Assembly (NCBI GenBank): GCA_013388635.1
Contig: JACAEX010000020.1
Location: 5,826 to 69,825 of the forward strand
Source: Syntrophaceae bacterium
GTDB lineage: Bacteria > Desulfobacterota > BSN033 > UBA1163
Reading direction: 5' to 3'
Length of the DNA: 64,000 bases
Position numbers and translations under genes: made by a program. The notes under the pieces are model-generated. The model saw only the letters and a list, made by a program, of their open reading frames with translations, searched no databases and was not told where the DNA came from. Shown here in pieces: positions 1 through 10,516 of the stretch (positions are counted from its first letter, which is position 1; each line of letters begins with the position of its first letter).

Positions 1-84
1 CTGATTGCAGAAAAAGCGATCTGGCCAGAGCATATCAGGAAAGTTGAAGAGATATATAGCCGTTTCGCTAATTCCAGAGCATGA
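1..84 (+). CDS. 3' end of a probable GT4 glycosyltransferase (partial)
   Basis: Frame 1 reads LIAEKAIWPEHIRKVEEIYSRFANSRA*, like the W...EEIY C-terminal helix of GT4 enzymes; adjoins a glycan locus. Confidence 0.5.
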   Translation: MIAEKAIWPEHIRKVEEIYSRFANSRA

Positions 85-86
85 AG

Positions 87-102
87 TGGCATGAGGCTTG
101 CA
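87..102 (+). promoter_or_regulatory. sigma54 (-24/-12) promoter
   Basis: TGGCATGAGGCTTGCA = GG-N10-GC with TGGCA/TTGCA consensus, upstream of the glycan operon. Confidence 0.65.
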
Positions 103-205
103 AGTTTAATGGAAGAGATCAATACCTTTTCTCGCAGAAGGAGGATTTGTTGCTAAAGAATACCCTTAAGATTCAAAGCCTTCAGTAAGGTATTATTTTT
201 TTCAT

Positions 206-226
206 CTGAATGTTCAGGCTCTGAAC
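206..226. promoter_or_regulatory. palindromic operator candidate
   Basis: GTTCAG-GCT-CTGAAC perfect inverted repeat (212-226) overlapping CTGAA-TG-TTCAG (206-217), upstream of a wHTH regulator. Confidence 0.45.
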
Positions 227-401
227 GTTTTACGAAAAATGTCCTTTAGTTTACAAAAGTTGCCCAAAATGGGAGAGGACATAAGGCACAGCGTAGTTTA
301 GAACAGGGTGTCGTTTGTTGTTGTCGAAGCAGGCATGGGAGCTCGTTTACCGAAGCTATGGGCTCGGGTTTAAAGAGCCTCAGAAATGAAACCCGAACGA
401 T

Positions 402-1031
402 ATGGAAGTCAGGCGACAAGGTCCGAGTATTTTTAAGCCATCTGAGGAGATGAGGGATCTCCGGCTACTTGAGGAATTAGAAAGAAATCCTGTTGTTTCA
501 CAACGGGAGTTGTCGCACAAGTTTGGTATTGCCTTAGGAGTCACAAATGCCTGTCTAAAAAGGATGGTGAGGAAGGGATTGATCCGAATTCGGGGTTTAA
601 ATCACCGAAGGATCGGATACTATCTAACCCCGAAAGGTTTGATGGAAAAAACAAGGCTCACGCTGCACCTGATTTCGTTCAGGGTTCAGCATTACGTGGA
701 ATTAAAAAGAGTTCTCAGCAACAGATTCTTGGAGATGCAGCACGAAGGCATGAAAAGGATAGTCTTTTACGGACTGAGTGATGAGATGGAGGTGGCCTAC
801 ATTACCCTTCAAGGAGTCAATTTGAAATTGGTTGGAATTGTTGAGGATGATGGAAAATTCAATTCCCAGATCCTTTTTGGTTATGAAGTCGAGCCTGTGA
901 GCCGTATTAAGGAACTCAAACCCGATTGCGTTTTGATCACTTCTTTAACAGGAAATGCAGAGAAAAGGGAGAGACTCGGTAGTATTTTTGGTCAGAATTC
1001 AATCTGTGTAAAAGATATCTGTTTTCCGTGA
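402..1031 (+). CDS. winged-helix (MarR-like, EPS-locus-associated) regulator with C-terminal Rossmann-like domain
   Basis: SQRELSHKFGIALGVTNACLKRMVRKG...YYLTPKG wHTH; C-terminal RIVFYG..VGIVED..DCVLITS; start may be downstream (ATG 450). Confidence 0.8.
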   Translation: MEVRRQGPSIFKPSEEMRDLRLLEELERNPVVSQRELSHKFGIALGVTNACLKRMVRKGLIRIRGLNHRRIGYYLTPKGLMEKTRLTLHLISFRVQHYVELKRVLSNRFLEMQHEGMKRIVFYGLSDEMEVAYITLQGVNLKLVGIVEDDGKFNSQILFGYEVEPVSRIKELKPDCVLITSLTGNAEKRERLGSIFGQNSICVKDICFP

Positions 1032-1078
1032 TGAAGAGGCCAAGAAGCCATAAATTTGGAAGAAAAGGTTTGAATTTT

Positions 1079-1105
1079 CTGAGTTCCTGAGTTCCTGGAT
1101 TCCTT
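1079..1105. repeat. short degenerate 8-mer tandem repeat (CTGAGTTC x2-3)
   Basis: ctgagttc ctgagttc ctggattc in the intergenic space. Confidence 0.5.
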
Positions 1106-1108
1106 ATA

Positions 1109-2275
1109 ATGAAGATGTTGACAGCCATGTATACCATAAAAAGAGGGGGGGCTTACGATAGATTTATAATGCTGATTGAGGCTTTTCTGGAAAGGGGGTG
1201 CGAGGTCCATTGCCTGTCGTTGACTCCGATTCAGATCAGGCATCCCTTTTTTCATAACCATGTCGCATACTGGCCTTTTAGCAAAATGAACACCTGGCAA
1301 GCAAGGTTATTTGTAGTCTCGATCTTTCCCTTATGGGCCCTTTGGTCAGGCTGGAGAAATAAGATCGATCTTATCGTCGCCTTTGGGATCCTTTATGCCT
1401 TCATCCAGGGCTTTTCGAAATACTTATTAAGAAAACCGATGGTTACGTTAATAAGGGGAGATTCCAGTTTCGGGTTAAGAATGAGAAACACGTATCCCGG
1501 GCTTCTCTATCTAAATTGCCGTATCGAAAGCCTCGGGCTTCGCTTCTCCGACTCCATCATCACGAATAGCGGAGGCCTCCGGGAGGAGATTTCAAAAAAA
1601 TTAAAAACCAGAAGACATATTGATGTAAAGGTTCTCCCTAACAATATTCCGACCATACCGGTTCCTGATCCGCAGGATCTTATTCCAACCAGAGCCAGGT
1701 ATGGGATTCCCGAAGATGCAAAGGTTCTGATCACCGCGGGCGTTCTGAACAGGGGAAAGAATATCGAGACGCTGATAAGTTGCTTAGCGAAGATAGAGAT
1801 GGAAAACCTCCATCTCTTGATCACGGGAGACGGCTCGACCAAAGACGATTTTCCTTACAGGGAATTCCTGGAAGGCTTGACAAGAGACTTAAAGGTTGAA
1901 AACCGAGTTCATTTTCCAGGTTGGGTTGAAAAAGAGGAACTAAGCAGAATCTATGCGGCATCCGATCTTTTCATCTTACCTTCCATGAATGAGGGCATGC
2001 CCAATGCAATGTTAGAGGCATTAGGATCGGATTTGCCATGCCTGGGGAGCAACATTCCAGGAATTAGAGATATTCTCTATTATGAAGAATTAATGTTTGA
2101 TCCTACGGATGAGCAAGCTATCGTAAATAAAATCAACCAAGTATTTTCTGACGTTAAATTCTTCAACAGAATTAGAGAGTTGTGCCGAGAAAGAAAACAA
2201 GCGTTTACATTTGATTGGAAACAGAAAATTTTCCAAACTATAACAGAAGGGATCTCGTCTCCCGAAGCCAATTGA
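1109..2275 (+). CDS. GT4 glycosyltransferase
   Basis: DLFILPSMNEGMPNAMLEA (EX7E), KNIETLI, N-terminal GGA. Confidence 0.9.
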   Translation: MKMLTAMYTIKRGGAYDRFIMLIEAFLERGCEVHCLSLTPIQIRHPFFHNHVAYWPFSKMNTWQARLFVVSIFPLWALWSGWRNKIDLIVAFGILYAFIQGFSKYLLRKPMVTLIRGDSSFGLRMRNTYPGLLYLNCRIESLGLRFSDSIITNSGGLREEISKKLKTRRHIDVKVLPNNIPTIPVPDPQDLIPTRARYGIPEDAKVLITAGVLNRGKNIETLISCLAKIEMENLHLLITGDGSTKDDFPYREFLEGLTRDLKVENRVHFPGWVEKEELSRIYAASDLFILPSMNEGMPNAMLEALGSDLPCLGSNIPGIRDILYYEELMFDPTDEQAIVNKINQVFSDVKFFNRIRELCRERKQAFTFDWKQKIFQTITEGISSPEAN

Positions 2276-2276
2276 T

Positions 2277-3122
2277 ATGGAAGAGATGATTACTATTTAT
2301 GAGCCTGACAATTCTTTGAGGAAAGGATATCTGTCGATCTTTGGCCAGATATTTACTGAGCTTAAGCAGAACAGATGGCTAACCTATCAACTGTTTAAAA
2401 GGGATTTCCTTTCTGCTTATAAACAGTCACTTTTGGGAGTGCTCTGGGCGATTATTTTGCCCCTTGTCAGCATTGCAATTTTCATCGTGCTGAACCGATC
2501 TGGGATCCTGAACATTGGCGATATCGGTGTACCGTATTCGATCTACGCATTGCTTGGTATTGCCTTCTGGCAATTTTTTTCCAATGGTCTGGTTGCCTGT
2601 TCCAATTCACTGGTGAATGCAGGGCCTATGATTCTGAAAATTAACTTTTCAAAAAAATCACTTGTGATCGCTGCCGCAGCAAAAGCCATTGTCCCCTTTG
2701 CGATTCAAATCGCGATGGTCTGTATTTTATTTGTTGGATATGGAAGGACTCCAAGTATTATGGGTTTTCTGATTCCCATATTTCTGATTCCACTGGTATT
2801 GTTTACCCTTGGCCTCGGTTTTTTCACGTCCCTTTTGAATGGGGTCGTACGAGATATCGGAAATATCATTTCAATTCTTTTGATGTTCCTGATGTTTTTC
2901 ACACCTGTTTTATATGCGAAGCCAAAGATCGGATTTTTAGTTACAGTAACAAAATATAATCCTCTTTATTATCTGGTATCCGCTCCACGGGACCTCATAT
3001 TAAAAGGATCAATTTCCGAGTGGCAGGGTTTCCTGATCGTTTGCTTGATAGCGGTCATTTTATTTTTTGTATGCCTATTTGGATTTCATCTTACTGAAAC
3101 AAGAGTCGCTGAGCGAATCTAA
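2277..3122 (+). CDS. wzm: ABC-2 polysaccharide export permease
   Basis: RDFLSAYKQSLLGVLW, about 6 TM segments, RDIG..TPVLY, YNPL motifs. Confidence 0.9.
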   Translation: MEEMITIYEPDNSLRKGYLSIFGQIFTELKQNRWLTYQLFKRDFLSAYKQSLLGVLWAIILPLVSIAIFIVLNRSGILNIGDIGVPYSIYALLGIAFWQFFSNGLVACSNSLVNAGPMILKINFSKKSLVIAAAAKAIVPFAIQIAMVCILFVGYGRTPSIMGFLIPIFLIPLVLFTLGLGFFTSLLNGVVRDIGNIISILLMFLMFFTPVLYAKPKIGFLVTVTKYNPLYYLVSAPRDLILKGSISEWQGFLIVCLIAVILFFVCLFGFHLTETRVAERI

Positions 3123-3123
3123 A

Positions 3124-4467
3124 ATGGGTAAAGACACCGTCATAAGCGTTGAACACGTTTCAAAGAAATATTGCAAGTCTTTGAAGAGGTCCATGCTCTA
3201 CGGCGCGATGGATATCGGAAGAAACATATTAGGGCTAAGTTCTAAGTCCGATAGATTGAGAAAGGATGAATTCTGGGCTCTAAATGATGTTTCCTTTGAA
3301 GTCAGAAAAGGGGAAACCCTTGGAATTATCGGCCCCAATGGTTCAGGCAAAACCACACTGCTGAAGCTTTTGAATGGCATTTTCTGGCCGGACAAAGGCA
3401 AAATTACAATCAGAGGTAGAGTAGGTGCACTTATTGAATTAGGAGCCGGATTCCATCCACTGCTTACGGGTAGGGAAAATATCTACATCAACGCGGCAAT
3501 ATTGGGGATGGGAAAAGAAGAAGTTGATAAACAGTTTGACGAAATTGTTAAATTCGCTGACATTGGTGATTTTATTGATACCCCAGTAAAATTCTATTCA
3601 TCAGGGATGTTTGTCAGGTTGGGATTCGCTGTGGCTATGTATTCCCGTCCTGATATTTTGCTGGTAGATGAGGTTTTGGCAGTAGGTGACGTCCAATTCC
3701 AAATGAAATGTTTCAGCAGACTGAAAGAGTTTAGGGAAAGGGGGAACACAATAATAATCGTTACTCATGATATGGGTACTATTCAAAAGCACACCGAGAA
3801 AGTAATCCTTCTAGAGCGAGGATTACTCTCCTGTATCGATATACCAAGGAATGCTCTTAACCAATATCTGTCCTTAATGAGCGGCGGCATCAGAGCAAAC
3901 CAGGTGATGAGCAAACTCAGATGGGGAACGGAGAATGATTCTGAACGAGTAAAAACAACCAAACCACCGTCAAATAATACTCAAGAGGATTTGTGCCCCA
4001 GAAGATTCAATTATAATATCTTCGAATTTCGGTACGGTAGCGGTTATGCGCGAATCATTGATTTTCAAATTGTGAACAATCGTGGAGAGGAAGTTACGTC
4101 GGTGAGGAGTAGCGAAGTCATCCTGTTTCGAGTAAAAGTAAAAGCGTATAAGTTTGTCGAAAAACCAATTCTGGGCATTAGTGTGAAGACAAAAGATGGG
4201 ATAGAGATCTACGGAAATAATACGTTATATGCCGATATAGATGTGCCTCCTTTGAAAGAAGGGAAACAATTGTTGGTGGAATATAGAATCCATTTCAATC
4301 TTCAATCTGGTGATTATTTTTTATCGGCAGGCGTTGCAGAAATGACCCCTGAGGGCATCTCACCTTTGGATCGGAGGTATGATCTTGTTCACATTACTGT
4401 GCTTCCCTCGGACAAGAGTTTTGGACTTGTAAATTTGGCTACGGATATCAAAGTTTATACAAAGTAA
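3124..4467 (+). CDS. wzt: polysaccharide ABC transporter ATPase with C-terminal Wzt_C carbohydrate-binding domain
   Basis: GPNGSGKTT, YSSGMFVRLGF, DEVLAVGD; C-terminal beta domain (RYGSG..LQSGDY); start ATG 3124 just after the wzm stop. Confidence 0.92.
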   Translation: MGKDTVISVEHVSKKYCKSLKRSMLYGAMDIGRNILGLSSKSDRLRKDEFWALNDVSFEVRKGETLGIIGPNGSGKTTLLKLLNGIFWPDKGKITIRGRVGALIELGAGFHPLLTGRENIYINAAILGMGKEEVDKQFDEIVKFADIGDFIDTPVKFYSSGMFVRLGFAVAMYSRPDILLVDEVLAVGDVQFQMKCFSRLKEFRERGNTIIIVTHDMGTIQKHTEKVILLERGLLSCIDIPRNALNQYLSLMSGGIRANQVMSKLRWGTENDSERVKTTKPPSNNTQEDLCPRRFNYNIFEFRYGSGYARIIDFQIVNNRGEEVTSVRSSEVILFRVKVKAYKFVEKPILGISVKTKDGIEIYGNNTLYADIDVPPLKEGKQLLVEYRIHFNLQSGDYFLSAGVAEMTPEGISPLDRRYDLVHITVLPSDKSFGLVNLATDIKVYTK

Positions 4468-4518
4468 GCCATATTTTGTGGGATATTCTTAAGATTGAAG
4501 GAGGAGGCATAAACCCAT

Positions 4519-6327
4519 ATGTCACAACTCGCAAAATTATCGTCCTTTATAATGGATAAAAAAACAGGGGTTTACGTCTTAGAGAAGAAAGCCTATCAGG
4601 GTTTCGGTTATTTGGACGGGTCGGAGGATAAGCTCTTAAAAATTATTACAGGCGCAAGAGATTGTAGCTGTAATTCTAGAGAATTAGAATCCTCCATTAG
4701 CGACTGGCCAACAAAATACCATCTTTCCAACCTAAGGACCAACATTCTTAGGGCTCTTAACTTTTTGAATAAAGATTCCAAAATTCTTGAAGTGGGTGCA
4801 GGATGCGGTGCTCTAACAAGATATCTCGGCGAAAATTTTAATCACGTTGATGCTATCGAAGGTAGTCTGAAGAGGTCGTGCATCGTAAAAGAAAGATGTA
4901 AAGATCTTAACAATGTGAGAGTCTACTGCTCTCCTTTCCAAGAGGTAGTTTTTGACAGTGAATATGATGTAGTAACACTTATTGGAGCTCTCGAATATGC
5001 TCCGATATTTTACTCTGCTGCTGGCCATCGAAGTGAAGAAGCTTGCTTAGAGATGTTAAAACACGCAATAAGCGCCTTAAAAGACGGCGGATGTTTAATT
5101 ATAGCTATGGAAAATAGACTTGGTCTGAAATACTGGTGCGGATGTACTGAAGATCATACGGGTAAATTGTTCGACGGCATCCATGGTTACCCTAATATAA
5201 ATAGTGTGATTACTTTTAGTAAAAAGGAAATGATAAGATTGTTGCAGAAAGCACAATTAAACTATTTTGAATTTTATTATCCATTTCCGGATTATAAATT
5301 GACAAACACGATACTTCGCGAAGTTTCTAATCAAGCCTCGTATTACCTCCATAACTGGATAACCGTACCCTTTGAAGATTATTCTTCCAGCAGGCGGTAT
5401 CTTGTCAATGAGGCTCTAGCTATTAAATCGCTTGTTGAGGCTGAAATGATTTATGACCTCTCAAATTCCTTCTTGATAGTGGCGTACAAGGAGAAAGTTC
5501 CTAGCGGCAGAAACAAGGAACCGGATTGGATAGCCAAACGATTCTCCACAAATAGGGTTCTTCCTTTCAGGGCTGTAACCACACTCGAAACAGAAGCGAA
5601 TACAAATTCACTTGTTGTCCGCAAACGGAAATTGTTTAATGTGACAGAACCTCAAACATTTATAAGGATTAATCCCTGCGATTCAAAATGGATTCCAGGT
5701 AACTTGCTTCAATTTTCTTTATATGAATCAATCTATAAAGATAATGGGTTTAAAAGTCTTATGAATATTTTGGCAAAATACCAAAATGGACTAATGAAGA
5801 ATTGTTCAATAGGAGAAATGGACGATGAGGGATACCCTTTGGCAAAAATGGATGCAATTGATTTTGTTCCATCTAATATTATACTAAGTGACAACGAAAT
5901 GTTAAGTATGGATCATGAATGGATTTACACGCAACCCATAAGTACAGATTATATTTTTTTTAGAGCATTATTTATCTTTGTCATCGAGCAGTACCCATAC
6001 ATTTTGGATAACTTATCTGTTCCAGCTAATAATTTTGATAAATTTATAGTATCAATTATGAAAGAATTCTACCCTCAATATGACATGAAAAGACATGAGA
6101 GAAACAGAAAAAGAGAAGAGGAATTTGAGAGTGTGGTTTCTGGAAATGATATTAAGTTGCCGGAGGCTGAACATTTCAGACTTGCAAAAGATCCGATATC
6201 ACAAAAGGACGAACAGATAAATTCAATATTAAATTCATGGAGTTGGAGAATAACTTCCCCTTTGAGATGGTTGTATAGGAATTATTCCAGGGCGAAAAGC
6301 TTACTTGAACGGCTGAGATGTAATTAA
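4519..6327 (+). CDS. class I SAM methyltransferase, probable glycan chain-capping protein
   Basis: ILEVGAGCGALT, IGALEYA, ENRLGLKYWCG, YPFPDYKL; C-terminal NSWSWRITSPLR motif. Confidence 0.75.
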   Translation: MSQLAKLSSFIMDKKTGVYVLEKKAYQGFGYLDGSEDKLLKIITGARDCSCNSRELESSISDWPTKYHLSNLRTNILRALNFLNKDSKILEVGAGCGALTRYLGENFNHVDAIEGSLKRSCIVKERCKDLNNVRVYCSPFQEVVFDSEYDVVTLIGALEYAPIFYSAAGHRSEEACLEMLKHAISALKDGGCLIIAMENRLGLKYWCGCTEDHTGKLFDGIHGYPNINSVITFSKKEMIRLLQKAQLNYFEFYYPFPDYKLTNTILREVSNQASYYLHNWITVPFEDYSSSRRYLVNEALAIKSLVEAEMIYDLSNSFLIVAYKEKVPSGRNKEPDWIAKRFSTNRVLPFRAVTTLETEANTNSLVVRKRKLFNVTEPQTFIRINPCDSKWIPGNLLQFSLYESIYKDNGFKSLMNILAKYQNGLMKNCSIGEMDDEGYPLAKMDAIDFVPSNIILSDNEMLSMDHEWIYTQPISTDYIFFRALFIFVIEQYPYILDNLSVPANNFDKFIVSIMKEFYPQYDMKRHERNRKREEEFESVVSGNDIKLPEAEHFRLAKDPISQKDEQINSILNSWSWRITSPLRWLYRNYSRAKSLLERLRCN

Positions 6328-6584
6328 GATAGCTTGTTCGTGTAAAGCGTATATGGTCGGCCTTGCAAAGTTTGTAAATAGGCGGCCCATCGCAAAGTGA
6401 GCTGGGCGATAGATTTACGTATAGTGGGTGAGGCTTGAGATAGAAATGGATGAAAACATGCTATGTATCGTGCTTGACGGAATTGCTGAGGACGAAGGAG
6501 GTTGTATTTTTTGCTTAAGAGAATGATATCTTATAACCGGCGTGACATTCGAATGATCTAACGTCAGCCCAACATTATTAAGAC

Positions 6585-7460
6585 ATGACATTACCTAATG
6601 CTCATAATCCGCTCATCTCTATAATAATTTTGACCAGAAATGGAGGGATGCTTTTCAAAAAATCGCTTGAAATGATATTTTTGCAGAAGATTGCCTATCC
6701 CTTTGAGGTAATTGTTGTAGATTCCTCTTCGACTGATGACACATTGGATTTCGTTAGGAAGCATCCAATTCGGCTCTTTAGAATAAGCGAGGAGGAATTT
6801 TCATTCGGTCCTACACGAGACTATGCGTTCGAAAAGGCGGAGGGGGAATATATTGTAACATTGTCACAGGACGTTGTTCCGGCAAATGAATCATGGCTGG
6901 AAAATTTAGTGAGGCCAATTATTAATGGTATGTGCGATGTAGTTCAGGGGAAGATTATCGTCCCCGAGTGCAAGGATATATTTTTCTGGGAAAAAAAGGG
7001 GTTATTCTATTTTACTTCTGAGGGTAAAGATTTTATTAAAAAACATTCTAACGTTGGTTTATCGTGTTGCAGCCTTTGTATAAAAAAAGAAGCCTGGCTT
7101 AAGACACGTTTTGGAAACGCCCCCATGTGTGAGGATAAAGCTATCCAGAAGAAATTGACTGAAGGCAACTACAGGATAATAGCTTCCGAAGCTTCGGTCG
7201 CATATCATGGGCACGAGTATAATCTAAAGTCGTTAAGAAAGAGGTGTGAAAACGAGGGGTTGGGATGGAGATATGCGGGCGTTACATACAGGTTTTCAGA
7301 TTTGATTAAAGACTTATTCCCAAAAAAAACAATGTATAAAGTTCTCATACAGGGACTCCTCAATGGGGAAATTCGGTCCGTCACAGAGGCTCTATTTTTA
7401 TTCATCCGGCCAGTTTATCTGTTTAAAGGAAACCGGCTTAATACTACTTATAAAAGATAA
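6585..7460 (+). CDS. GT2 glycosyltransferase (rhamnosyltransferase-like)
   Basis: ISIIILTRNG, VDSSSTDDT, FSFGPTR, LSQD. Confidence 0.88.
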   Translation: MTLPNAHNPLISIIILTRNGGMLFKKSLEMIFLQKIAYPFEVIVVDSSSTDDTLDFVRKHPIRLFRISEEEFSFGPTRDYAFEKAEGEYIVTLSQDVVPANESWLENLVRPIINGMCDVVQGKIIVPECKDIFFWEKKGLFYFTSEGKDFIKKHSNVGLSCCSLCIKKEAWLKTRFGNAPMCEDKAIQKKLTEGNYRIIASEASVAYHGHEYNLKSLRKRCENEGLGWRYAGVTYRFSDLIKDLFPKKTMYKVLIQGLLNGEIRSVTEALFLFIRPVYLFKGNRLNTTYKR

Positions 7461-7462
7461 CG

Positions 7463-8425
7463 ATGCAAACTAACGGAGTTGACGGTCTGACATATTCTGT
7501 TATCATCATTACGCGAAATAGGGCAAGTGTATTACGAAACGCATTGGAAAGCGTGATTAATCAAGAATATGAAAATGGTAAATATGAAATGATTGTAGTT
7601 GATAATAATTCAAATGATGACACGGCATCGATTGTAGAGACATATCAACAAAAATGTCCTAATAGAATCCGTTATGTTATTGAGCCGGAAATAGGAATGT
7701 CCAAAGCGAGAAATACAGGCTCTAAGTTAGCAAGGGGTGAAATTTTAGTATTCATAGACGATGATGCAATTGCTTCTGCTGGTTGGCTGAGGAATTATCA
7801 GCTTCTTTACCAATCGTCGCCGGATATTGTGGCGGCCGGAGGAAGAATTGAGGTAGTGTTCACCCCAAAAAGACCCAAGTGGATTTCGGATGAATTATTG
7901 GTTGTTTTCGGCAGGTTGGACTCTTCTGATACAGAAGGCACGATGCTGTATCCTAGACATCCATTTGGGGTTAATTTCTCTGTAAGAAAGGAGTATTTCC
8001 TGAAAACTAAAGGATTCTTTCAAGAGATTAAGAACTATAATGATGAGAAAGCATTTTTTTATCAACTTCACCTAAACAAGTGCAAAGTTGGATATTCACC
8101 CGAGGCAGTGGTTTATCACCATATTCCGAGTTCAAAGCTAAGAAGGCGGTATTTTATTAAGAGAGGAATTAAACAAGGGATTGGGAACATAAAATTTATA
8201 TCGATCTTCGATCGTATAGGAATGCCGCGCTTCGACAGCAAGTTGAAGCAATTGTTAGTAAGCGGGGTCTTGATTATTAGAAATATTTTATTTTGCAGAC
8301 GCAGATACTCATTTTCCCAAATATATTATTTCAGTATTTGCCTTGGAGAGCTATTAGGGATAATGATGCGGGGATTTATTTCGTATGAATATCGTTCATA
8401 TAGCAACACGAATGAAACACCATAA
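7463..8425 (+). CDS. GT2 glycosyltransferase
   Basis: SVIIITRNR, VDNNSNDDT, ARNTG, FIDDD. Confidence 0.9.
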   Translation: MQTNGVDGLTYSVIIITRNRASVLRNALESVINQEYENGKYEMIVVDNNSNDDTASIVETYQQKCPNRIRYVIEPEIGMSKARNTGSKLARGEILVFIDDDAIASAGWLRNYQLLYQSSPDIVAAGGRIEVVFTPKRPKWISDELLVVFGRLDSSDTEGTMLYPRHPFGVNFSVRKEYFLKTKGFFQEIKNYNDEKAFFYQLHLNKCKVGYSPEAVVYHHIPSSKLRRRYFIKRGIKQGIGNIKFISIFDRIGMPRFDSKLKQLLVSGVLIIRNILFCRRRYSFSQIYYFSICLGELLGIMMRGFISYEYRSYSNTNETP

Positions 8426-9392
8426 CTCTCACTCAGGATATGACAGGTTGTCCGACTTCATGCGCTGTCAGAGGCTTGATTCGGGCTGGGTAGCTAAAGG
8501 AATGAATCTAATTCCGGACAGAGTTTGGGGACTTTTATTGAGGAAAAGTAAATTCTATTTGGTTCCTGAGCTTAAAAGAGAAATTGACATCCAGCTGAGG
8601 TCGTTATTTTGGGCAGAAACCATTTTTCACTTTTTATATGGCGAAAATGATTTCAGGAGGTTTAACCCTCCAAAGACAAGCAAACTTTTTGTGACTTATC
8701 ATTTCCCTCCTGATAAATATCGCCAATATTTTACGAAACCTCCTAACTTGGGCAGGGTGAATGCGATTATTGTCGTAGGTTCGAATCAGATAGACTATTT
8801 TGCGAAGTGGGTTTCAAAAGAAAGAATAGTATTTATACCCCATGGGATAGATACTGAATATTACAAGCCAGCAGATAACGAAGTGAGGAATGATAAGGTA
8901 CTCTTTGTCGGTAGCCATTTAAGAGACTTTGATGTTTTGAAAGGAGTAATCGAACGGATAGAGAAACTTTCAGTCAATCTGTCTTTCACGATTGTTACGT
9001 TGAAAGAAAATTGGAAAGTATTCCGGGACTTAAAAAATATGGAACTCCTTACAGATGTGACGGAACACGAACTGCTCCGCCTATATCAAAACCATGCTCT
9101 GTGTTTTCTTCCGCTCATTGATGGAACCGCGAATAATACTCTTTTAGAAGCTGCCGCAAGTGGCCTACCGATTATTACAACAGATGTCGGGGGAGTCAGA
9201 GACTATTTGGATGACAGGACTGCTATATTGCTGCGCTCCAAAAAAATTGAAGAGGTGGCTTCTATAGTAGTGGATGTAGTGAATGATGAAGGAAAGAGAA
9301 GGGAGCTCTCCGTTAATGCGAGAGAGAAGATACTTTCGTACGACTGGAAGATTGTTGCTGAAACTATGAAAAAGGCATACGAGGTGTATTAA
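8385..9392 (+). CDS. GT4 glycosyltransferase
   Basis: IPHGID, NNTLLEAAASGLPIITTDVGG. Confidence 0.88.
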   Translation: MNIVHIATRMKHHNSHSGYDRLSDFMRCQRLDSGWVAKGMNLIPDRVWGLLLRKSKFYLVPELKREIDIQLRSLFWAETIFHFLYGENDFRRFNPPKTSKLFVTYHFPPDKYRQYFTKPPNLGRVNAIIVVGSNQIDYFAKWVSKERIVFIPHGIDTEYYKPADNEVRNDKVLFVGSHLRDFDVLKGVIERIEKLSVNLSFTIVTLKENWKVFRDLKNMELLTDVTEHELLRLYQNHALCFLPLIDGTANNTLLEAAASGLPIITTDVGGVRDYLDDRTAILLRSKKIEEVASIVVDVVNDEGKRRELSVNAREKILSYDWKIVAETMKKAYEVY

Positions 9393-10508
9393 ATGGAACT
9401 AGGAATATTAATGGTTATAGGCCTTTATTATCCGATAATTGGTGGGGCAGAAAGAGAGTGTCAAAAGCATGCAGAATCGCTGAAGAGATTAGGTTGTAAA
9501 GTAACAGTGCTGACGCAATATATGAAGGGATTGCCTGAGTATGAAATAGTTAATGGCGTTTCTGTTTATCGAAAAATTAAAGCAACAACACCGTGGGCGA
9601 TAACATATTTATTGTCTGCGTTGAGGTTTATGATTAGAAGTAGAAGGGAATACGAAATTATTCAATGTTATGGAATTTTTTACCACACAACTGCATGTGT
9701 GATTATGAAGTACCTTTATAGAAAGAAAGTGTTACAACGGTTAGAATGCGCTGGCCCAAATGGGGATCTCGGGAGGATTAATAAAATAAAATGTAGTGTT
9801 CTTATCAAGCTATGCTGGAAGAAGGTGGATAAATTTATTGCAATATCAAAAGAGATTCTCAACGATTTGGTTAATTGCGGAGTTAAGAAAGAAAAAATAA
9901 CATATATTCCGAACAGTGTTGATACTGACTATTATACTCCGTACACTTTGAAAACCTGGGATTCTCCAAAAAATATTTTATTTGTTGGACGGCTAACTGA
10001 ACAAAAAGGAATAGATACACTATTTTGTGCTATGAAGGAGGTTATTGACAAAGGAATTAATCGTTTATCCTTAAGCTTAGTAGGGGACGGTCCATTAAGA
10101 GGAGAATTAGAGAGAATGGTTAATGATTTGGGAATCACGAAATATGTTAGATTTGTTGGAAGCACAAACGACGTGACTCAGTATTATCAAAATTCTCATA
10201 TTTTGGTCATTCCTTCCAATTGGGAAGGCCTTCCTTTGGTTCTTTTAGAAGGAATGGCATGCGGGTTACCTATTCTGGCTTCAGACCTCGATGGAATCAG
10301 AGATGGGATAGAAGACGGAGTTAATGGGTTTTTATTTACTCCAGGAAATGCAAGTCAGCTTTCTTCAAAGATTACCTATCTTCTGGAAAATCCTGAGAAG
10401 GCTGAGGAAATGGGACGGGTAAGCAGAGAAAAAGCCGTTGCTCTTTTTTCATTAAGAGAGAATATGCATAAATATGTTGGAGTATACAAATCCTTATTAG
10501 GACAATAA
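9393..10508 (+). CDS. GT4 glycosyltransferase
   Basis: GGAERE, GRLTEQKG, PSNWEGLPLVLLEGMACGLP. Confidence 0.9.
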   Translation: MELGILMVIGLYYPIIGGAERECQKHAESLKRLGCKVTVLTQYMKGLPEYEIVNGVSVYRKIKATTPWAITYLLSALRFMIRSRREYEIIQCYGIFYHTTACVIMKYLYRKKVLQRLECAGPNGDLGRINKIKCSVLIKLCWKKVDKFIAISKEILNDLVNCGVKKEKITYIPNSVDTDYYTPYTLKTWDSPKNILFVGRLTEQKGIDTLFCAMKEVIDKGINRLSLSLVGDGPLRGELERMVNDLGITKYVRFVGSTNDVTQYYQNSHILVIPSNWEGLPLVLLEGMACGLPILASDLDGIRDGIEDGVNGFLFTPGNASQLSSKITYLLENPEKAEEMGRVSREKAVALFSLRENMHKYVGVYKSLLGQ

Positions 10509-10516
10509 TCTCAGAG

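Noticed and set aside
6384..6408. Hairpin in the 6328-6584 gap as riboswitch or terminator
   Set aside because: Imperfect stem, no U-tract and no recognisable aptamer motif
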